NCBI GenBank assembly: GCA_964396445.1
Contig: CAYNFI010000001.1
Location: 30,971-94,970 of the forward strand
Origin: an uncultured Candidatus Bathyarchaeia archaeon
Lineage (GTDB): Archaea; Thermoproteota; CALKCG01; B24; JAWCPE01
Length of the DNA: 64,000 nt
Reading direction: 5' to 3'
Position numbers and translations under genes: made by a program
Part shown: positions 58,939-64,000 of the stretch, one piece after another
Layout: each line of letters begins with the position of its first letter
Position numbering within the stretch: position 1 is the first letter of the stretch
Notes under the pieces: model-generated
What the model saw: only the letters and a program-made list of their open reading frames with translations
Told to the model about the DNA's origin: nothing
Databases searched by the model: none

Positions 58939-60438
58939 GTGGTAAAAATGTTGCTTAAGACAACGCAGAGCCTATGCCCGGAATGCCTCCAAACACTCCC
59001 AGCTGAGGTAATCGAGGAAGACGACGTGGTCTACATCGAGAAGACCTGCCCCATCCACGGGAAGTACCGGGACATATACTGGAGCGACTACGATTTGTAT
59101 GAATGGGCTAAGGAATGGGACTTCATCGGCGACGGCCTAGAAAACCCGAGAACCCAGAAAGTGAAGGGCTGCCCGAACGACTGCGGCATCTGCCCCAACC
59201 ATAAATCGCACACCGTTCTCGCTATAATAGATGTGACGAATCGGTGCAACCTGAACTGTCCCATCTGCTTCGCCTACGCCGGCGCCGTAGGCTACGTCTA
59301 TGAACCCTCAAAGGAACAGGTACAAGCCATGCTTAGAAACCTCCGCGAAAACAAGCCTGTCCCAGGTGTAGCTCTTCAATTCTCAGGCGGTGAGCCGACG
59401 CTTAGGGAGGACTTGCCGGAGCTTGTGAAGATGGCGACCGATGTGGGTATCGATCATGTGGAGGTGAACTCAAACGGCATCGTGCTCTCAAGGAACCTTG
59501 ACTACTTCAAGAAACTCATCGACGCTGGTATGTCCACCATCTACCTCCAATTCGACGGGTTAACGGATGATGTTTACCTCAGAACCCGCGGTGTCCCCTT
59601 AGCCGAGGTTAAGATGAAGGTTGTTGAAAACGCTCGGAAACTCGGCTTCGACTCGGTGATGCTCGTCGTTACACTAGTCAGGGGGATAAACGACCATGAG
59701 CTAGGGGATATAATCAGGTTCGCGGCTGTGAACAGCGATGTTGTACGCGGTATCAACGTGCAACCAGTATCGATCTGTGGGAGGATACCTAGGGAAGAAA
59801 GGGAGAAGATGAGGATCACCATACCGGATTTCATGAAGCTCGTTGAAAAGCAAACCGACGGAGCCGTTAAAACCTCTGATTTCCGCCCTGTCACGTGGCC
59901 TCTAGCCATATCCAAAGCCGTAGGCGCCATCAAAAGGCGGAGATACGTAGAGTTCACCGCGAATCCCCTATGCGGTGTGGCAACCTTCATCATCCCCGAG
60001 GATGGAGGGAGGAAAATAGTTCCAATCACCAAATACGCGGATGTAGACGGGTTTGTTAAAGCCCTCTGGAAAGCCTACGACGACGCTGTAGCGGGTAAGA
60101 AGGTGAAGGCTAGGATGCGTCTCATAGGGTCTGCGCGGTACGTGAAAGGAAGGCTTTTCAGAAGCCTCATAGCAAGGACGTTGACAACAGGTGCCTACGA
60201 AGCCCTTGGAGAAGTGATGCGGAAGATGGTACTACTTGGATGCATGCATTTCATGGATGCCTACAATTTCGACTTAGACCGCGTTAACCGGTGTTGCATC
60301 CACTACCTCGTCCCCGACGGAAGATTAATCCCGTTTTGCACAATGAACACACTCCACCGCCCCACGATTGAAAAAAAGTTAAGTGTACCGTTAGAGGAAT
60401 ATATGCAGAAGAAGGCGGGCTCACTAGTACATCACTAG
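58939..60438 (+). CDS. tes: Tetraether lipid synthase Tes (GDGT-MAS), radical SAM
   Basis: SLCPEC...CPIHG, GCPNDCGICPNH, radical SAM CNLNCPIC and MHFMDAYNFDLDRVNRCCIHY...IPFC. Confidence 0.88.
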   Translation: MVKMLLKTTQSLCPECLQTLPAEVIEEDDVVYIEKTCPIHGKYRDIYWSDYDLYEWAKEWDFIGDGLENPRTQKVKGCPNDCGICPNHKSHTVLAIIDVTNRCNLNCPICFAYAGAVGYVYEPSKEQVQAMLRNLRENKPVPGVALQFSGGEPTLREDLPELVKMATDVGIDHVEVNSNGIVLSRNLDYFKKLIDAGMSTIYLQFDGLTDDVYLRTRGVPLAEVKMKVVENARKLGFDSVMLVVTLVRGINDHELGDIIRFAAVNSDVVRGINVQPVSICGRIPREEREKMRITIPDFMKLVEKQTDGAVKTSDFRPVTWPLAISKAVGAIKRRRYVEFTANPLCGVATFIIPEDGGRKIVPITKYADVDGFVKALWKAYDDAVAGKKVKARMRLIGSARYVKGRLFRSLIARTLTTGAYEALGEVMRKMVLLGCMHFMDAYNFDLDRVNRCCIHYLVPDGRLIPFCTMNTLHRPTIEKKLSVPLEEYMQKKAGSLVHH

Positions 60439-60502
60439 AGCTTCCTCCGACGGCTGGGCCTTCCTTAACCCAACGCTTTCTCACATTCTAAACGCTTTAA
60501 AC

Positions 60503-60820
60503 TCATAGGAAACGGGTTCTATAGCCTTTAACAGTCTTAAGATAGGTTTCCTCCATTTTTATTCCATAGATCTCAGCCAAGACGAGGACTATGAAAAGTA
60601 AGTCTGAGAGTTCAACGGCGAGCATCCCCCGTGTCATAGGTTTATCCGGGGGTTTGTACCCTTCAAGACCCTTAACAACAGAAGCTACCTCACCAGCCTC
60701 TTCAAGCAGGTCCGTAACAATAACAAAGGGGTTCCATGATAACCCCTTAGCCTTGTTAATCTCATCGAAGACTTTGAAAGCAAACTTCTGGGCTTCGAGA
60801 AGCGTCGTCCCCAATGACAA
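60503..60820 (-). CDS. MazG-like nucleotide pyrophosphohydrolase
   Basis: LLEEAGEVA and ELSDLLF. Confidence 0.85.
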   Translation of the reverse strand: MSLGTTLLEAQKFAFKVFDEINKAKGLSWNPFVIVTDLLEEAGEVASVVKGLEGYKPPDKPMTRGMLAVELSDLLFIVLVLAEIYGIKMEETYLKTVKGYRTRFL

Positions 60821-60987
60821 TTCACCCTAAAACGATAACTAACCCTCGTACGTAACTTAAGATTTATCGTAAAACATCTCCATGCTTAGAAGCCTTTGAA
60901 AAAGCTGTGAGAAAAATGTGGGACGCTCTCATTAAAGTATGAGTCGAGGCAGATGTCTGATAAGGGTTGACAAACAGTAGGCATTTC

Positions 60988-61626
60988 TTACCTAGGTTTT
61001 TTCAGCCAACCATCAATGATTCTTATACCTGCGATGGCGTTGGGCGCGTAGGCGTCGCAGCCAAGCTCCATAGCTCTCTCCTCGGTTGCAGCGTTCCCTC
61101 CGAGGATGACCTTCACCTTATCCCTTAGCCCAGATTGCTTCAGAGCCGCTATGACGTTGCCTACGCTTGGAAGAGCCTGAACCAAGCCTACGGATAAGCC
61201 TAAAACCGGCGTTCCGGTTTCCTTAATCTTCTCCACGAATCTTTCAGCTGGTACGTTGACGCCGATGTCGTGGACTTCGTAGCCGTTTGCGAGGAGAAGA
61301 GCTACGACGATGCTTTTACCCATGCCGTGGAGGCTTCCCTCAACTGTTCCTATGACGACTTTACCCCTTTTCATCTCTTGAACGGCTGCCAGACGCGGTG
61401 TCAAGGTGTCTATGACCTGCTGGCTGATTCCGCCTGCTATGAGCAGGTCTGATAGGAAGTAGGTTTTCTCCTCGTAGAGTTTACCCACCTCCGTTAGGGC
61501 TTCTCGTAGGGCTTCAAGAAGAGCTAAGGGATTCTCCCCGGCTTCAAGGGCTTGATTCAAAAGCGTCTTCACGGAGGGTTCATCAAGCTCCACGATCTTC
61601 CTCCGGATCTCCTGAGTTAAGCTCAT
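60988..61626 (-). CDS. Corrinoid (B12-binding) protein, MtaC/MtbC-like
   Basis: Cap domain (VGKLYE..YFLSDL), GTVEGSLHGMGKSIV, DIGVNVP, GLS and LGG. Confidence 0.9.
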   Translation of the reverse strand: MSLTQEIRRKIVELDEPSVKTLLNQALEAGENPLALLEALREALTEVGKLYEEKTYFLSDLLIAGGISQQVIDTLTPRLAAVQEMKRGKVVIGTVEGSLHGMGKSIVVALLLANGYEVHDIGVNVPAERFVEKIKETGTPVLGLSVGLVQALPSVGNVIAALKQSGLRDKVKVILGGNAATEERAMELGCDAYAPNAIAGIRIIDGWLKKPR

Positions 61627-61635
61627 GTCGGTTGC

Positions 61636-62598
61636 TCACACTCCTCTCCCTGCTATGGGATACCTTCCATACTTCTTCGCGGTTTCAACCATAGCTAAGG
61701 TGTTCTCTAAAGGTACTGCCTTGTGGATGACGTTGCTTGAGCATAGGATGTGGCCTCCCCCCGGGGAAGCCTTTCTAATACATTCCTTGGTTTCCTCAAC
61801 GACATTCTCCGGGCGGAGCCTCACAAGGGTCCATGCGCAGTCCACGTTTCCACACAGGCATAGCCTATGCCCGTACGTATCCTTGACAGCGCCTATGTTC
61901 ATACCCGCCGAGGGGTCTATGGAGTGAAGGGCGTCTATGCCTGTGTTAATAAGCCCATCCAGTATGGGTTTGAGGTCTCCGTCGCTGTGCACGAAAAGCC
62001 TGCCGCCCATGTTGTGAACAGCGTCTACAAGTGTCTTAAGGTATGGGAAGACCATCTCATGGTAAAGCCTAGGGTTGAGGTAGGGTCCTTCCTTTCCAGC
62101 CATATCATCCATGCCTCCTCTGATAACCTCAACCTCCTGCTCAACCCATGGCCTACACGCCTCGATGGCTGTCCTCGTGCGTTCCTCGCATTCCCTCCGT
62201 AAACCATCCTTGTCAAAGTAGAACCGCCGTATCGTATCTATGGCGTCCATGCCTCCTGGCATAGGCGTAACCGCGGGGCAGCCTCCGATCAAAGCCAGCT
62301 CGGGTGCTAACTCCCTAACCAGCTGTACTTGCTGGAGGCCTAATTGTAAGGCGTCGTAGCCTAACCCTCTACACAGCGTTATCTGGTTCTCAAGGTTATG
62401 GCTGGTAACCTCAAGCTCCTTACCCTCCGCGACTAACCTCCGCGCTTCATCACCAACAATGTTAGATCTCCCCGTGATCTTCTCAGGGTACTGGAACTCT
62501 AGCTCAAACATGGGGACCCTATCGGGTTCCTCAAGGTTTAGAGCGGATAGGAAACGGTCCCTAGGCGTTAAGGCTTCCACCTCAGGCATAGGATACAT
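61636..62598 (-). CDS. Uroporphyrinogen decarboxylase family methyltransferase (MtaA-like), co-transcribed with the corrinoid protein
   Basis: TPRDRFLSAL..EEPDRVP, HSDGD, LCGNVD and GGGHILCSSN. Confidence 0.85.
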   Translation of the reverse strand: MYPMPEVEALTPRDRFLSALNLEEPDRVPMFELEFQYPEKITGRSNIVGDEARRLVAEGKELEVTSHNLENQITLCRGLGYDALQLGLQQVQLVRELAPELALIGGCPAVTPMPGGMDAIDTIRRFYFDKDGLRRECEERTRTAIEACRPWVEQEVEVIRGGMDDMAGKEGPYLNPRLYHEMVFPYLKTLVDAVHNMGGRLFVHSDGDLKPILDGLINTGIDALHSIDPSAGMNIGAVKDTYGHRLCLCGNVDCAWTLVRLRPENVVEETKECIRKASPGGGHILCSSNVIHKAVPLENTLAMVETAKKYGRYPIAGRGV

Positions 62599-62905
62599 AG
62601 GACCTCGTTTAAAGCTTACGTTATTGAAAATCTTTGTCTAAAGATTTACCGCAGTGTAACCGTGAAAAGGTACTTTGGAAGGAGGTGAACCGGTTTTCAA
62701 TATGGATAGAGTAGACGCCTTATTTACCAACACTTATCCGAAAATATTTACTGTTTCTGTTAAATATATTAGCGCCCTCCAGCCTCTTGCCCATAACTAG
62801 CTGGAAAACTCTTCATCCAGAACTCTCGGCGTAATACGTTGTGATACCCGTGGGTCGCCCAAACCCTTGAATACTCAGCACGCGACACTTTGCAGAGGGA
62901 TTTAT

Positions 62906-63151
62906 ATGCCCGATAGGAAGACTTGTCAAAGATGTAAAGACGACATCCCCGATTGGGAAAGAGCCTTCGAACTTAGAAAATCTACAGCTGCGTACATATG
63001 TCAGAGATGCATGACCGCCCTTGTAAACCTATGGCATGAGGAGCATAAGGTTTCAGAACTAATAGTGGATGAGGAGCATAAGGTTTCAGAATTAATCGTG
63101 CAAACGAGCTTGGGCGCCCGGGTAAAAGATAACCCTTCACAGCGAGGCTAG
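62906..63151 (+). CDS. Small C4 Zn-finger protein with an 11-aa tandem duplication
   Basis: CQRC...ICQRC followed by EEHKVSELIV twice. Confidence 0.55.
   Translation: MPDRKTCQRCKDDIPDWERAFELRKSTAAYICQRCMTALVNLWHEEHKVSELIVDEEHKVSELIVQTSLGARVKDNPSQRG
63036..63101 (+). repeat. 33-bp tandem duplication
   Basis: ATGAGGAGCATAAGGTTTCAGAACTAATAGTGG followed by ATGAGGAGCATAAGGTTTCAGAATTAATCGTGC. Confidence 0.9.
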
Positions 63152-63415
63152 TGTAGGCAAACGTAACAACACCACGTTGTCTTCTGAAGGCTCTTAGCTG
63201 AACAAAAAACCCTAAGGGTAAGAAACGTTCTCTACTTTACCATCATTACTCCAATCATCATGGTGACTCACCTTCTCATATGCTGATAAGTTTTGCATAC
63301 GAAATTTTACTAAAAAGCTTCAGCCTTGTTACACAATCGACCCACTGGGTAAATCCTTAAATCGCTCTACAGTGGTTTGCGTTGTCATGATATGGGCTAA
63401 GCTGAGGCGTCGAAC

Positions 63416-64000
63416 GTGCGGAGATACTTAGTCAGCTTAGTCAGTGGATTAATAATCCTATGCGTTATGGCTTGGTTAATCGAAACTTTTGTAGAATATC
63501 CTGAAATTAAATCTCTTCCCTTATACACTTTCAGCACGGTTTTCCGGATTACGGTTACACTCCTTATATCGATTATCTGGGGGGTTTCTTTTGGCATATT
63601 AGCCGCCACAAACAGGGTGGCATCGCTGATCCTCGTACCATTCATAGACCTTTTACAGTCAATTCCAATACTCGGGTATTTTCCAATGGTCATAGGTTTT
63701 TTATTCGCCTTAGGCTCCTTAGGTATTGAGTTCTCCGTTGTAATCCTGCTCTTCACATCCATGGCTTGGGCTATCTTCTTCGGGGTATTAGGGGCTATAC
63801 GCGGAATCCCCGTGAATGTCGTCGAGTCGGCACAGAGCTTCGGCTTAAAAGGATGGCGATACACTAGGCATGTGGTATTACCCGCGATTACTCCTACGGT
63901 GATCGCGGGAGCAAACCTAGCGTGGTGCGACGGTTGGTTCTTCATGATCGCCGCGGAATACATTCAATATCAAGGTAACATTGTAACCCCGCCTTCAGGC
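63416..64000 (+). CDS. ABC transporter permease, NitT/TauT type (3' truncated by window edge)
   Basis: Manual translation from GTG 63416 gives ...STVFRI...DLLQSIPILGYFP...FTSMAW...ESAQSFGLKGW...VLPA...GWFFMIAAE. Confidence 0.88.
   Translation, partial: MRRYLVSLVSGLIILCVMAWLIETFVEYPEIKSLPLYTFSTVFRITVTLLISIIWGVSFGILAATNRVASLILVPFIDLLQSIPILGYFPMVIGFLFALGSLGIEFSVVILLFTSMAWAIFFGVLGAIRGIPVNVVESAQSFGLKGWRYTRHVVLPAITPTVIAGANLAWCDGWFFMIAAEYIQYQGNIVTPPSG

Noticed and set aside
63397..63963. 188-aa minus-strand ORF from the track
   Set aside because: Antisense shadow of the plus-strand ABC permease.
1..64000. tRNA/rRNA genes, transposases, integrases and CRISPR arrays
   Set aside because: No cloverleaf with a T-loop motif in intergenic regions, no DDE or tyrosine recombinase ORFs, and no repeat-spacer periodicity seen by eye; tRNAscan-SE or Infernal would be needed to exclude them fully.

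Overview
This is an archaeal chromosomal segment, most likely Bathyarchaeia/TACK. That placement is inferred from PolD, SMC-ScpAB, Tes, UroD-family/corrinoid pairs and an OSTC-like gene. The left end holds a replication origin: PolD DP1 C-terminus, DUF99, cdc6/orc1 and an AT-rich intergenic region with several ORB-like boxes. It is followed by four uncharacterised HTH/wHTH genes, one apparently membrane-anchored, plus a cluster of TnAYAYGTSAY repeats; together these are a candidate origin-associated DNA-binding/tethering system. The rest mixes core informational genes (pcn, priL, priS, gins51, rpoL, csl4, dph2, rpl10e, argS, smc-scpA-scpB, radB), tetraether synthase and aglB with scattered carbohydrate and C1-metabolism genes (GH36, a large unknown GH-like protein, an SIS pair, a DegT aminotransferase, UroD-family methyltransferases, a corrinoid protein). 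Two small membrane proteins resemble the eukaryotic glycosylation subunits OSTC/DC2 and DPM2. I saw no tRNA, rRNA, CRISPR array or transposase. All calls come from motif recognition; no searches were run.
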